A stretch of DNA of 64,000 bases from Octopus sinensis (taxonomy: Eukaryota), in NCBI RefSeq assembly GCF_006345805.1, contig NC_043003.1:90768001-90832000 (forward strand), written 5' to 3'. The first letter of the stretch is position 1. Every line of letters begins with the position of its first letter. The notes beneath the pieces are model-generated. The model was not told the origin of the DNA. It saw nothing but the letters and a program-made list of their open reading frames with translations, and searched no databases. Made by a program: the position numbers and the translations under genes. Below are positions 24,575-36,329 of this stretch, one piece after another.

Positions 24575-24990
24575 AACGTAGCAGATAACAGCTAACACTT
24601 GGCTGCTATTTGGACCCCGTTGTGTCCACTACTTTGATTGGTTGGTATTGGCACAATTTGTTTCTTACTCTGTCATGCCAATATGCAGTGTATAACCAAT
24701 TGGAGCCTTAAATAAGATCACATGAGACAACCTGTTCTTAATTCAGTTTGAGCCTACAGCTCCTTATAAAGACTCAGCTACTTCTTGTCTCGGTGTCTTT
24801 GGTTCCAAACATTTTAAGGTCTAGCCACTGACCGCAAAAGACACAGTCAGTTCCACCAACAATGCCAAACGACAACACCTGTCCAACAGCAACATGCCCA
24901 GGTTTCAACACAGCACTGGTTGTGAATTACTTCACCCTGGATCAACAGCAAATATACAATCTGCAAGGCAGATGACACCACACATCCAAC
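24575..24990 (+). mobile_element. Promoter/LTR-like repeat segment
   Basis: Colinear with the reverse complement of about 57100-57430; gattggttgg and ccaattgg CCAAT-like boxes; cttataaag. Confidence 0.6.
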
Positions 24991-25053
24991 AGCATTAGGG
25001 CAATTTCTTTCTTTGTTGCTACCATCAACAAAGAAAGATTTGTTGATGGTAGC

Positions 25054-25843
25054 GTAGAAGGAGACCTAGTTAAGAAATTAGAAGAGACACTCAGTAGATG
25101 CATAGCAGCTGACATACTGGCTGCGAGATTGGTTCTGTATCAATTCTTCAACACCAAGCATGAAGGTTGCATTGTCAAAGCTAGGGCACGTGCTCTAAAA
25201 CAGGAGGGAATGAAAGCTGTTAAATGGGCCTAGGTGGCTGAGGTGCAACATGGTAATAAAACTACAATTTGGTCTTTGAGGGGTCAGGATGGCCACATGC
25301 TACATGAGTCCAAGCAGATTTGTGCAGAATTTTAGTGGCACTTTGCTGAACTGTATGGGGCACATGGTGGCCTGGAGGCTGATGATGTGCAGAAATGTAC
25401 TGAGGCTGCGACATCTTCAGCAATACCTTAATGGTGAGCAGGTGTGGTTGCCATTTGTTGGACATGCTTTTCTGCAGCTCACAGGGCCACAGTCCTGGAT
25501 CAGGCATAGACCAAGGCAGAGCACTTGGCACTTAGAGTGTCTCCAAGCACTCACAGCCCTTGGCCAGTCAGGCAATGTGGTCAGTAACGATGTTCTCGAA
25601 GAGGTTCTGGGCATCAGGAGGGATCAACTAGCCAGTCTTTTCTGGAGGACTTTCAGGCCAGGGCCTCTGGATAACTTCCAGAAATCTCTGGCGTGGCAGT
25701 GCTACCACAGGATTCTGCTGGTTCGCGATAAGCTCTACAGGCATGGGTGTGCAGTCAGATGGGTTTTTCCAAGAGATACATACACAGAGTGATGAAACCA
25801 TTCTGCATGCTCTTGTACAGTGTCCATGCATTGCTGACTTGTG
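25054..25843 (+). mobile_element. Internally deleted L1/Tx1-type ORF2 fragment
   Basis: Homologous to about 53890-54200, then jumps to about 55360-55910; DKLYRHGCAVRW zinc-knuckle region; RT absent. Confidence 0.75.
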
Positions 25844-25851
25844 GAGATTTA

Positions 25852-26048
25852 CATTATTTACATTTGACGGATATTTGTCCTCCTCTCGTTTGTTGTTAAC
25901 ACAACATTTCGGCTGATATACCCTCCAGCCTTCATCAGGTGCCTTGGGGAAATTATTATTATTATTATTATTATTCAGGTCACTGCCTGGAATCGAACTC
26001 GGAATCTTGAAGTTAGTAGCCCGCACTCTTAACCACTATGCCATATGC
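25852..26048 (-). mobile_element. SINE family H, copy 2
   Basis: Same head, (AAT)n and tail as 15838-16228. Confidence 0.85.
25898..25943 (-). ncRNA. Minimal type-I hammerhead ribozyme motif
   Basis: ggcac CUGAUGA a ggctg gagggtatat cagcc GAAA ug U U gtgtt: both core boxes, 5-bp helix II, helix I ggcac/gtgtt (with G-U pairs), loop-less helix III. Confidence 0.65.
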
Positions 26049-26050
26049 CT

Positions 26051-26116
26051 GTTGGTGTAGTGGTTAAGAGCGTGGGCTACAAACCCCAAGATTCCGAATT
26101 AGATTCGAGGTAGTGA

Positions 26117-26160
<44 letters not shown>
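26051..26160 (+). mobile_element. Inverted extra head of SINE family H
   Basis: tggtgtagtggttaagagcg...agtgacctgaataataat mirrors 25955-26045. Confidence 0.8.
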
Positions 26161-26161
<1 letters not shown>

Positions 26162-26209
26162 GAGATTTATTATTGCTTGTTTACACTTTTTCAAGATCAG
26201 TGACGAAAA

Positions 26210-26480
26210 GTCACTGGAAAAAGGATATATGTATTTGCATTGGGACCCCTTCTCATCGAAGACCAGTGATTGCCATGTGATGATGATGGGTAAATACCCA
26301 AACACCCGGGTCCATGCATATCACGTTAGGTCGACGATGGGAAGGATGGCTTCCCTTTGCAAATATCGACAGGGCACAGAAAGTGTCAATAGCCAGCTGG
26401 AGAAGATATTCTCCTGGGGCTACAAGCTACAGTAACATCTACCCTTAGTGGTTAGCCATATTGAGATGGCAAATATACTT
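26210..26480 (+). mobile_element. Diverged copy of the 37477-37893 repeat family
   Basis: ggatggcttccctttgcaaata...gccagct...ggggcta.aagctacagtaa...gtggttagccat is shared with 37745-37870. Confidence 0.7.
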
Positions 26481-26546
26481 CACATTGTCATGCAGTTACT
26501 GTTTATACCTCGTCCAGAGATTTATTATTGATTATTATAATTGTCA

Positions 26547-26592
<46 letters not shown>

Positions 26593-28179
26593 CATTATTA
26601 TTATTATTATTATTGTCCTTGTGAGTTCGAACCCCATTGAGATCAACTTTGCTGTTCATCCTGTAGGGGTCGATAAAATAAAGTATTAGTTAAATATTGA
26701 ATTCAGTGTAATTGACTAACACCCTCCCCTCAAAATTACCAGCCTTCTGACAAAATTTGAACCCATTAATATTCCTATTGTTCTCCCTATATTCTGAGTT
26801 CAAATGCTGCTGAGGTCAACTTTGTCTTTCGTCCTTTCGGGGACAATAAAATAAAGTAACAGTCAAATACTGGGGTCAATGTTATTGCGTAGCTCCCTCC
26901 TCTCAAAATCACTGTACCAAAAATAGAAAGAATTATTATTATTATCCTTGTGACAAATAAAGGAGCTATGTTGAAGCCTGCACCATTTATATAACTTGTC
27001 CTTGTAATTATGATTCCCCTCATCCTTTGCTCTTGTGGCAGATAAAGAAATCATAATAATCATCACAAGCATCATCATAATTATATAATAGAGAACTGGT
27101 GATTATTATTATTGTTTTTAAGAGGCATTATGTTACCATGTTACACCATCAAATTATGTGTTATGGTGGTGGCAGTGGTGGTGGTGGGGTGAAAACACAT
27201 CTTAAAAAATGTCTTATCTGATCAGAAGAAACAGATGAGAGATCTATTCTTATCATTCCCATCTCTCAACCCATGCTAAAAAATCTTGTTCATTGGCTGA
27301 ATGTGTTTCATTCATCAACTCTGTGATTGGCTATAATTTGGTCGACTGTACCCTTGTATTATTTTCATAAAATGTCTCCCTTGGGGGATGGCTTTGATAT
27401 GGACTAGATGCCCTAAATTTTCTAGCTTGATGCCCTACTGTTCTAAATTCATTTCACACTGAAGAAGATTTCATTTTTCATCTTTGTGAGGTTTTTTATA
27501 GCATGAGTCTAGTTACGTATTTGTATCAATTTCAATGAATATAGACCTCCTTTCTAGAATAATGGAATGGTCTTGCAATCACCATCATCATCTTTATAAT
27601 CTTTACATTCACTTTTCCATGCTTGCATGAGTCAGATAGAAATTTTTGAGGCAGATTTTCTACAACCAGATGCCCTATCTGTTACCAATCCTCACCTGTT
27701 TTCCAGCAAAGCACAGTTTCCCCATGGCTGGACATGTTCATGCAGAAGATTGGAAATGACTGACACTGCTTGTATGATAGTGACACTCACAGCTATCATG
27801 TTATGATGAGATAAGGAGACAGAAACACATGCATGCAAGGTTCCAACTAGGTAAAAATGGAAATTACCCAGCGGCAGAATGGTACAGCAGAGAGAGCTAT
27901 AAAAGCTAAAAGACAAACCTGGAAAAGTATGGAAGAATATGGAGAGCAAGAAACAATATCAAATAGGTAGAAGAGAAGATGCTGGACATCAGGTATTGGG
28001 AACAAGGAAAGAATTATCATCATTATCATTATCACCATCACTACTACCACCACAGCTAGTCTCATCATCATCATCATCATTTTAACAACTTTTTCATGCC
28101 AGCATAGTTTAAACAGAATTCATTGAGGGAGATTTTCCATGGCACGAACACACATATGCACATATTCACACATACCATC

Positions 28180-28570
28180 TGTATCAACCAGACTATTAGA
28201 TGTTGTTATACACCACTGGTCACAATGCAATTCTATTTCTTTCTTGACTGTACCCTTCTTTTTCATCTTGGCCCAAATCATTTAACTAAATCATCTTCGC
28301 ATCATCGTGGAGCCCCGCTTGAGAAGCCTTTTCCAATCTCTTGGGTACACTTAGTAACTGCATCTGTAAACCTTGTGAATTGCCCAGTGCAGCAGAACTT
28401 GTGCTTCTGGTCTTCTGCAATCATGCTGTTTACTCCAATCTGTTCTTGATTTATTTCGTTTTGGATAAGTTCTTGCAATTATATTACTGGCTTGAATTTT
28501 CCATGGCTCTTTTTCTGTTGTAACCAATCAACATTCTTCCCTCTTCATCATTGCCCATGTCTCATGCAAG
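28180..28570 (-). mobile_element. RTE-like C-terminal relic
   Basis: Colinear with 63690-64000; remnant post-RT sequence on minus. Confidence 0.5.
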
Positions 28571-29088
28571 TTTGATGTATGTATGTATGTATGTATGTAT
28601 GTATGTATGTATGTATGTATGTATGTATGTATGTATGTATGTATATATGTATTCATGTATGCATGCATGCATGTGTATATGTATGTGTATATGAATGTAT
28701 GCATGTATGTCAGGTTGCTTGTGAATGCTATTGGTAACATACTGACAACTCCACTAGGCTTCCTTAGGGAGGAGTGTGACTGGATATCCTGCAGGATAAA
28801 AAACAAAACCTGCCAAAGGACAGATGAACTCAATGGATGAAGTCAACGGTCATCTAATACTCTGTACACAGGCTTAATTCTGCTATTTCTCATGGACAGA
28901 GGTAGTTCTTGTAGCAACCATTGACAATCCAGTGAATTTGATGTAGAAAACACAATGGGTTGAAACGTTTTCAACAAACGGCAGGCACCACAAGTTTAGT
29001 CAGTAGAGAACCATGAGAATGGGAATGTGGGTATGGTGTACCACATTACTGCGCAACTCCTAGTTCTTGCTAGGACATCACTCTAGCC

Positions 29089-29693
29089 CAATGGTTCTCA
29101 AACATTTTTTGTCTATGGATCCTTTTGATTCCTATTTTACCCTTCTGGACTTCCATAGGCATTTGCTGAATGTAAAATATATCTAACTGTATCATACATG
29201 CCAGAAAGTAATATTTCAAACACAGTATAACCATGAAAACAGCAGAAAGATTGGGTATTTTACCCTAATATGAAGGAAAAAGTTTTCAGCAGACAGACAG
29301 TGGGCTGTTTAGCTTAATGGTAGAATACTCAGATGGTATCTGAGGAGTGCAGGTTTGTGTCCCATGGCTGTCTGCTGACAACTTTTTCTACCATATAAGG
29401 GTAAAATATCCAAGCCTTCTGCTGCTTTCACCACTATACTGAATTCAAAATATTACTTTCTTGTCTGTGTGATACGATACACTTTTGATGCTTCCAAAAA
29501 CAAACAAAAAAGTTTGTTTATGCATGTTGCATATCTAACTGCATTTTATAATTAAATATTATTAGGAATTAAAAAAAAAAGTTCTTTGTGTATTGTTGAA
29601 GCATATTGCACATGAATTTTAACAAAATCTTATATGGAACCCACGTGCCATATGAACCCCACGTGCCATATGGACCCTGGTTGAGAACTACTT
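29089..29693. mobile_element. hAT/Charlie-like MITE (outer element)
   Basis: TIRs caatggttctcaa / ttgagaactactt; 8-bp flanks ctctagcc / ctctagag (TCTAG-type target). Confidence 0.75.
29190..29530. mobile_element. Nested insert: tRNA-like core between 107-bp imperfect inverted repeats
   Basis: 11-bp TSD atatctaactg at 29179-29189 and 29531-29541; arms 29190-29296 and 29368-29474. Confidence 0.75.
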
Positions 29694-29936
29694 CTCTAGA
29701 GAAGGAAAGCTGATGTACAATCCATGATTCAATGGTATCCAATGATGTTGACTTGGTTTTCTTTTTTGAGTATCTATCATTGTTGTTCAGAGAGTGGAAT
29801 TGATTGTATACACGGCCTTTCTTCACTTTAAAAGGCATCATGCATTGACATTACTTGCCATATTAGCATCGTAATCATTATAAACTGATTCTGGAATGCT
29901 TTAAGTAATGGCTGTATTCGAGAACAAGAAAGTGGA

Positions 29937-30084
29937 TGTCATGCATGTATGCATGTTTGTATGTATGTATGTAATGCTTGTATGCATGCATGTATGTATG
30001 TATGTATGTATGTATGTATGTATGTATGTATGTTTGTATGTATGTATGCATGTTTGTATGCATGTATGTATGTATGTAGGTATG

Positions 30085-30115
<31 letters not shown>

Positions 30116-30375
30116 TGCTTGTATGCATGTATGTATGTATGCTTGTATGTGCATATGTATGTATGTATGTATGTATATATGCATGCATGCATGTGTCTGT
30201 GTTTGTATGTGTGTATGTGTATGTGTGTGTATGTATGCATGCATGTGTGAGTGTTTCTGAATATATATATGTGTATATACATATGTATGTATGTGTGTGT
30301 ATGTATGTATGTATGTATGTATGTATGTATGTATGTATGTATGTATCTATGTATCTATGTATCTATCTATCTATC
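29937..30375. repeat. (TATG)n/(GCAT)/(TG)/(TATC) compound microsatellite
   Basis: Direct reading; source of the many MYVC/HTYI pseudo-ORFs. Confidence 0.95.
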
Positions 30376-30549
30376 TATCTATCCCTCCATCTATCTACCT
30401 GCCACTCTCCTTTCATACTCTCACCACGAACTTACCTACCCACTCATCCTGTCCAGTTCTCTATATCATGTCTCATATTTACTTTCCTGTAACTTAAAGG
30501 TACACTCTGACACCTTTTTACCACTACCTTCCCTCTTTCCCAACTGGTA

Positions 30550-30800
30550 AAATAAAAAGGTAGAGTTATCTTCTCAAGTCATGTTGACTCATAAGGGCCA
30601 GTTTCCCAGTTTCCATGGCATATATATTCCTCACCTGGACGGAATACTGGTCAGTTGCATGGTAACTCATCTTTGCCAGTTGAACAGACTGGAGCAATGG
30701 GAAATGAAGTGCTTTGCTCAAGAACACAACATGTCACCCAGTCTAGGGATTGAAACCACAATCTTACAATCATGAATCCAACACCCTAGCCACTCAACCA
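30550..30800 (-). mobile_element. SINE family D
   Basis: gtgctttgctcaagaacacaac...gattgaaacc, reverse of the family D head and core. Confidence 0.6.
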
Positions 30801-30989
30801 ACTTACCTCCACTCTTTTCCAACTGGAGTAACCATGAATCTTGAGACTTAACTTGGTAACCTCACTAGTGCCAGTGCCATGTAAGAAGTACCCAGCACAT
30901 TCTGCAAAGTGGTCGCATTGGGAAGAGCATCCAGCCATAGAAACCATGCCAAAGCAGACACTGGAGCATGGCAAAGTCCTCTGGCTCAC

Positions 30990-31344
30990 TCTTCACTTGA
31001 GGATGATGATGATGATGATGACAATAACAAAAATGGAAGTGGCAGCAATGGCAGTGGTGGTGGTGACAGCAATGGTGGAGATGGTAGTTGTGATGTTGAT
31101 GACGACAACTGATGATGATGATGATGATGATGACAGCTACAATGATAAAGACAGCAACTGTGGCAACAAGAGTGGCAATGTGGTGGTAGTGGCTGTAGTG
31201 GTGGTCGTGAGGGGGAAGAGATGGTAGTTTTGGTGGCAGTGGTAGTTGTGAGAAGGAGGAGGAGGAGGATGGGTAATGAGGATGATGGTAGCAGAAATGG
31301 TGGTGGTGATTATTATGATGATATTGATGATGATGATGATTATT

Positions 31345-31375
<31 letters not shown>

Positions 31376-31430
31376 CGACGACGACGACGACGACGACGAC
31401 GATGATGATGATGATGATGATGATGCATTA
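30990..31430. repeat. Degenerate (GAT/GGT/GAC)n trinucleotide tract
   Basis: Direct reading. Confidence 0.9.
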
Positions 31431-31813
31431 ACATATGAAATAAACACCCGCTATTGATGAATAACCACACCCATAACACTGCTAAAGTATATACCTGTCT
31501 TAAGTTTCATCCAGTATTCAGATAAACCTGAACCTAGCTTATAATAAACATTGACTGTTTGGATTTCTTTCGACAGACTTGAAATTCTGTTATGCTGTTA
31601 TGCTCAGCAACACAGGCTAAGATAGCATAGTACATACATATGTAGGTACATATACACACGCAAAGTTTGTGTGTACACACACACACATGCATATAGATAG
31701 ATTTATAGATTCATATGCACATAGACACACATACACATATGTGCACACACACACACATACACATATGTGCACACACACACACATTATATATATATTTACA
31801 TACATATAATATT

Positions 31814-31885
<72 letters not shown>

Positions 31886-32074
31886 TTTACATACATATTT
31901 ACGTACATATTTACATGCATATATTATTTGTATTATATGAGTGTGTGTTTGTGTGTGTATTTATTTACACACACACAAAAAAGAAATAAAAATTGAATCT
32001 ATATTTTGAAAATTTGATATTTTTTATGCAGTGCAATAGTGTCAATTTAACAGACTTTAATATTAATAAACACA

Positions 32075-32290
32075 AAGGCAGCAAGCTGGCAGAATCGTTA
32101 GCACACCAGGTAAAACGCCTAGCAGTATTTCGTACATCTTTACATTCTGAGTTCAAATTCCACAGAGGTTAACTTTGCATTTCATCCTTTTGGGATCAAT
32201 GAAATGAGTATCAGTTGAATACTGGGGCTAGATGTAATCAACTATACCCCTTCCACAAAATTTCAGGCCTGTAGTAGAAAAGAATATTAA
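32075..32290 (+). mobile_element. SINE family A
   Basis: ggcagcaagctggcagaatcgttagcac...aaatttcaggcc. Confidence 0.85.
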
Positions 32291-32749
32291 CAAATGCACC
32301 CTTTCTACTATAGTCAATCAAATCAAGAGTTTACTTTGCATGTGTGTGTGTATCACTGTCAAGCTTTCATCACTCTCTCATCTTCCTTTCACTTATCCCT
32401 TCATTACTCTTCTGTCTTCATCACTGTTCAGCTACTGTAATTATATAAAAGCAAAAGTACATGTGTTGCATCTCCTTTTTTTGCTATCAGTTATCCCCCC
32501 CTGAAACCACTTCATTTTGAAATCAATCCCTTGTTTTCATCTTTCTTTTCCACTGATTGTTCTTTTCTGTGCCACCAGTTATCCTTCCTTTTTCCTTGAA
32601 CTAAATCTTATGACTTACATCTCATTCATTACAACCTCTCAAATCTACCAGCAATCTTAACACCCTCTCATATCTGCTATCACCTCTGCTTGTCACTATA
32701 TCTACCTCTATATACTTCTGACCTCCATCTTCATCATTGTACATCTCTC

Positions 32750-32790
<41 letters not shown>

Positions 32791-34014
32791 ATCTATTTAT
32801 CTCTATCTATCTAACTATCTCTATCTATTTATCTATCTATCTTTCCCTCCCCACAGTCTTTCTTTGCCCACCTATTCCACATCTCATCTTCTAATTTCTC
32901 ATCTATCAACAACTTTGATATTTTGCTGCTCTCCACATTTTCAGTTCTGTCACTCATCACCCCCTTCTTGCTGAACCACTTCTGTTTCTTAACACTTTCT
33001 CTCCAAACTTATATTCATCTCTGACCATGCCTTCACCGTTGATTCCTCCCGACCCCTGTTCACTACATTCACCTCTAACTCTGTCACTCATCATCTCTCA
33101 TTCTGCTCTAACATTTTTGCAAACTTCTCTGCCCACTCCTCCAGGCCATTTGTTTCTATTCTGTTTTTCTACTCACTGTCTTCTAACTTGAGAGTACTCT
33201 CTGACACCTTATCACCACTATCTTTATCTCTCTTCTCAGTAACTCCCACTCACCTTATATAATACAAGGTAGCCATGTGTTTCCACTACATACTGTAGTC
33301 ACTCAACACCTAGCATAAAGCCACCTCCTTCTCTGCTACACTTAAACTCTGTGGAGGGGACTTTTTCTTTATCTTGTGACTTACTTGGCAACCACACTAA
33401 TACCAATGTCATGAAAAAGGCACCCACTACACCTTGTAAAGTGACTGGCATTAGCAATAGTATCCAGTTGTAGAAACCATTCCAAAGCAAACATCAGAGC
33501 TTGACATGGACTTCTGGTATGTCAGTATCCATTAATGAGTGATCAAATCCTTTGACATCAGGATGCATAGGAAATGTGAATTATGACATCTAACATTTCC
33601 CAAGAGTATTTGTGGTAATTGAAATTGATGAGTCATTTCTCTGGGGCTTTAATACGTATAATTGCACTCTTTGCTCCAAATTTGCCACAAAAATATGTTA
33701 TAACATCTGGTTTGATAAACAAAAGTGAGATTTATATATGTCTCTGTTTATGACACAGTGTTCTGTTGTTTTCTCCCGGCTTTACCCTTTGCTCCTCACT
33801 ACTAATACTTATTACTTCTGCCTACACTTTCCTTCTCCTTCTTATTACTACAAGCTGACGTTTTTTTACTCTCTTCCTAATAAAGAGTTTTGCTTGAAAC
33901 ACTAGGCATCTTTTCTTTCTCACGAAGTAATGAAATATATTCCACCATTTCTACTGTTATGAATGTCGATGTATCTACATGTAATACAAATGTATGCACC
34001 TGGCCAGCAAAAAA

Positions 34015-34235
34015 TACTGATTTCAAATTTTGGCACTAAGCCAGCAATTTCAGGAGAGAAGATAAGTCAATTACGTCGACCTCATTGTTCAACTGGCACT
34101 TATTTTATCAACCCTGAAAGGATGCAAGGCAAAATTGACTTCAGCAGAATTTGAACTCAGAACATAAAGAAGGACAAAATGCTGCTTAGTATTTTGCTCG
34201 GCATACTAACAATTCTGTCAGCTCATCACGTTAGC
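34015..34235 (-). mobile_element. SINE family A
   Basis: Reverse consensus; flanked by a gccagcaaaaa(a)ta direct repeat. Confidence 0.8.
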
Positions 34236-34319
34236 CAGCAAAAATATTAATGAAATTTTTTGGTCCCTCTCCTCTTATTAATAAGAAGACAGAATAGTTA
34301 GCATCTATATCAATCACCA

Positions 34320-34563
34320 CTATCTTCAGTGTTGAACTGGTTTAGTATTGAAACTGGTCATATCCGGCCTAAATATTCTATCAGTTTTGAGTTCAAACTG
34401 ACCAGATCCAGCTTCTTGCACCTACCCCACAATGTCATTCTAAAAGTAAAGCAATTGTATCCTCAAAATATCAAGGCTATGAGATAATCCATGATTTAAT
34501 CCAAAACAATGGGAATAAATAAGCGTTTCGTTTGACAGAGGAATCTGAATGCTAAATGGTTAA
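34320..34563. mobile_element. Probable piggyBac-like MITE end
   Basis: Ends gaatctgaatgctaaatggttaa (TTAA boundary); other terminus not clear. Confidence 0.35.
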
Positions 34564-35683
34564 AAAGTTTTAAAAACTGTCTTAATGTTATCCAACACAA
34601 CAATTTGACCCCCCTTTTTCGATATCCAAAAAGCTTTCCTTCAGGGGTAGAAGGCTCTCTATATGAGAATCTCTGATCTTATGGGTCCTTTCTTGTTTTA
34701 AGGTAGAAGTTGTAATTTGAGTAAGATTCAGCTGCTGTTTCTAGTGAGCTGAACAACACATAGAGGCTTGATGCTAAATTTGCTGATTGACTTTATAAGC
34801 TTAGTGAAACAAGACAAAGTTTGGTAGTGGTGGGCATGTTTGTGTCATTGAGGGAATGTTTAAGAACAGGTGCTTAAAAATGCCATGAAAATAAGCAACA
34901 CATATTAAGTTACTTAATTTTCATTATTTATTTGCGATAATATGCATTTGTTTATTCATGACACATATCGGAGTGGGGGGGGTCACCCCATCCCCTCTTC
35001 ACCTTCACCTGTCTGTTCTTGTTCTCTCCCTTCCTCTTTGTTTCTGACTCTCTCCCATCCTCTCTTTCTCTTTCCATGGTCACATTTTTAATAGCTGAAA
35101 TTGCCTTTCACTGTTTCTGTACATTGCCTTGTCTAAACCTCCATTGTTACATATTGTTTATATTGACATACTATAAACTATGGTTGTTTGTCTCACAAAA
35201 CTATTTAGTATTATTAAAAGGAATGTCATACATGTATACAAAGTGAAACACATAGACAGATGGACAGGTGTATGGAGATACACACACACACACACACATG
35301 TGCACTCTCTCTCTCACTCTCTCGCTCTTTCTCTATCTATCTCTATTTTTCCTTTTTCTCTTCCACTCTTTCGGTTTCATCCAGAGTAAGTGAAAGAAGT
35401 AAATACAAGTCAAGCTTTTATAAGTATCACAACCAAGATTTTATGTCTATTTGTAGTCATCTAGTTTTAATTATTTGAAGACTTCTTGAATGGAACGAGC
35501 TAGTTCCTAACAACTATACTAAGCTTCAACTTTGAAATGTAGGTAACAAAACCAATCTCATGTTTTGAACTTGAGAAAAGTCTTGAATATCTTTACTGTT
35601 CCACTTGCATATTGTTTCTAATGTGCATGTTAACTGGTTGATTTCTTTTTCTGAAAATCGTGGTGTTTCCTTATTGTTACTTA

Positions 35684-36189
35684 CCGTTAATCCTTGAGTA
35701 TAGTCTGCCCTTGAGTATAATATGTAGGGGATTTTTAGGGGGTTGTACCTCTGAAAAACCTAAACCTTGTGTATAATACGCACTCCTTCTCTAACTTGAG
35801 TCGTGCGTAATTAAGCCAGCAGCACCTTCCGTGCATGCGTAATACAATAATGGTGATGTTCTTAACTGTTATATGGGAATGTAAATATGTTTGCAAATTG
35901 TTTTTGTTACATGTTATTCTGTGTTCTGAATACATTTATTTTAATAAATGTGGCTTACTGCAAGTTATGGATGATTCTTTTATGACTTCATTGCTTTCAG
36001 GCTTAGCTTAAGGTATTTTCGTGCCCGGCATCACAAAATGCGTCTAATAAACATTACCGGACAGCAAATAGAGATTTGGACATTGCTTAGAAAATATTTT
36101 TCCTTTTTAACCTCGTATATAGTACGCACTAGGGATTTTGACCTTTAAATTTTGGGGGAAAAATGCGGATTATACTCGAAGATTTACGG
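35684..36189. mobile_element. pogo/Tigger-like non-autonomous DNA transposon
   Basis: Imperfect TIRs ccgttaatccttgagtatagtctgc / gcggattatactcgaagatttacgg; TA on both sides. Confidence 0.75.
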
Positions 36190-36329
36190 TAGGCATTTAC
36201 TTACAAAACAAAGTGCATCAATTACTACTGGCATAAATGTGAATTTATAATCTAGGTATAAATGCTGAAGGTTTCAAAGTTGTTGTTCATAGTTACCCTC
36301 TTTCTCTTTGATTTTTGAAGAGATATTAA

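Noticed and set aside
25844-26169. gagattta as a TSD around the SINE-H pair
   Set aside because: Overlaps the SINE's own AT-rich tail, and the Tx1 host sequence does not resume after it
29302-29367. Functional tRNA gene
   Set aside because: T arm/B box decayed (ggtttgtgt) and acceptor stem poor; kept only as a tRNA-like relic. SINE heads elsewhere are likewise not tRNA genes
29878-30571. Many long ORFs (MYVC.., HTYI..) here and at 9441-9829, 28528-28840, 50489-51054
   Set aside because: Translations of (TATG)n/(TA)n/(TG)n microsatellites with no coding complexity
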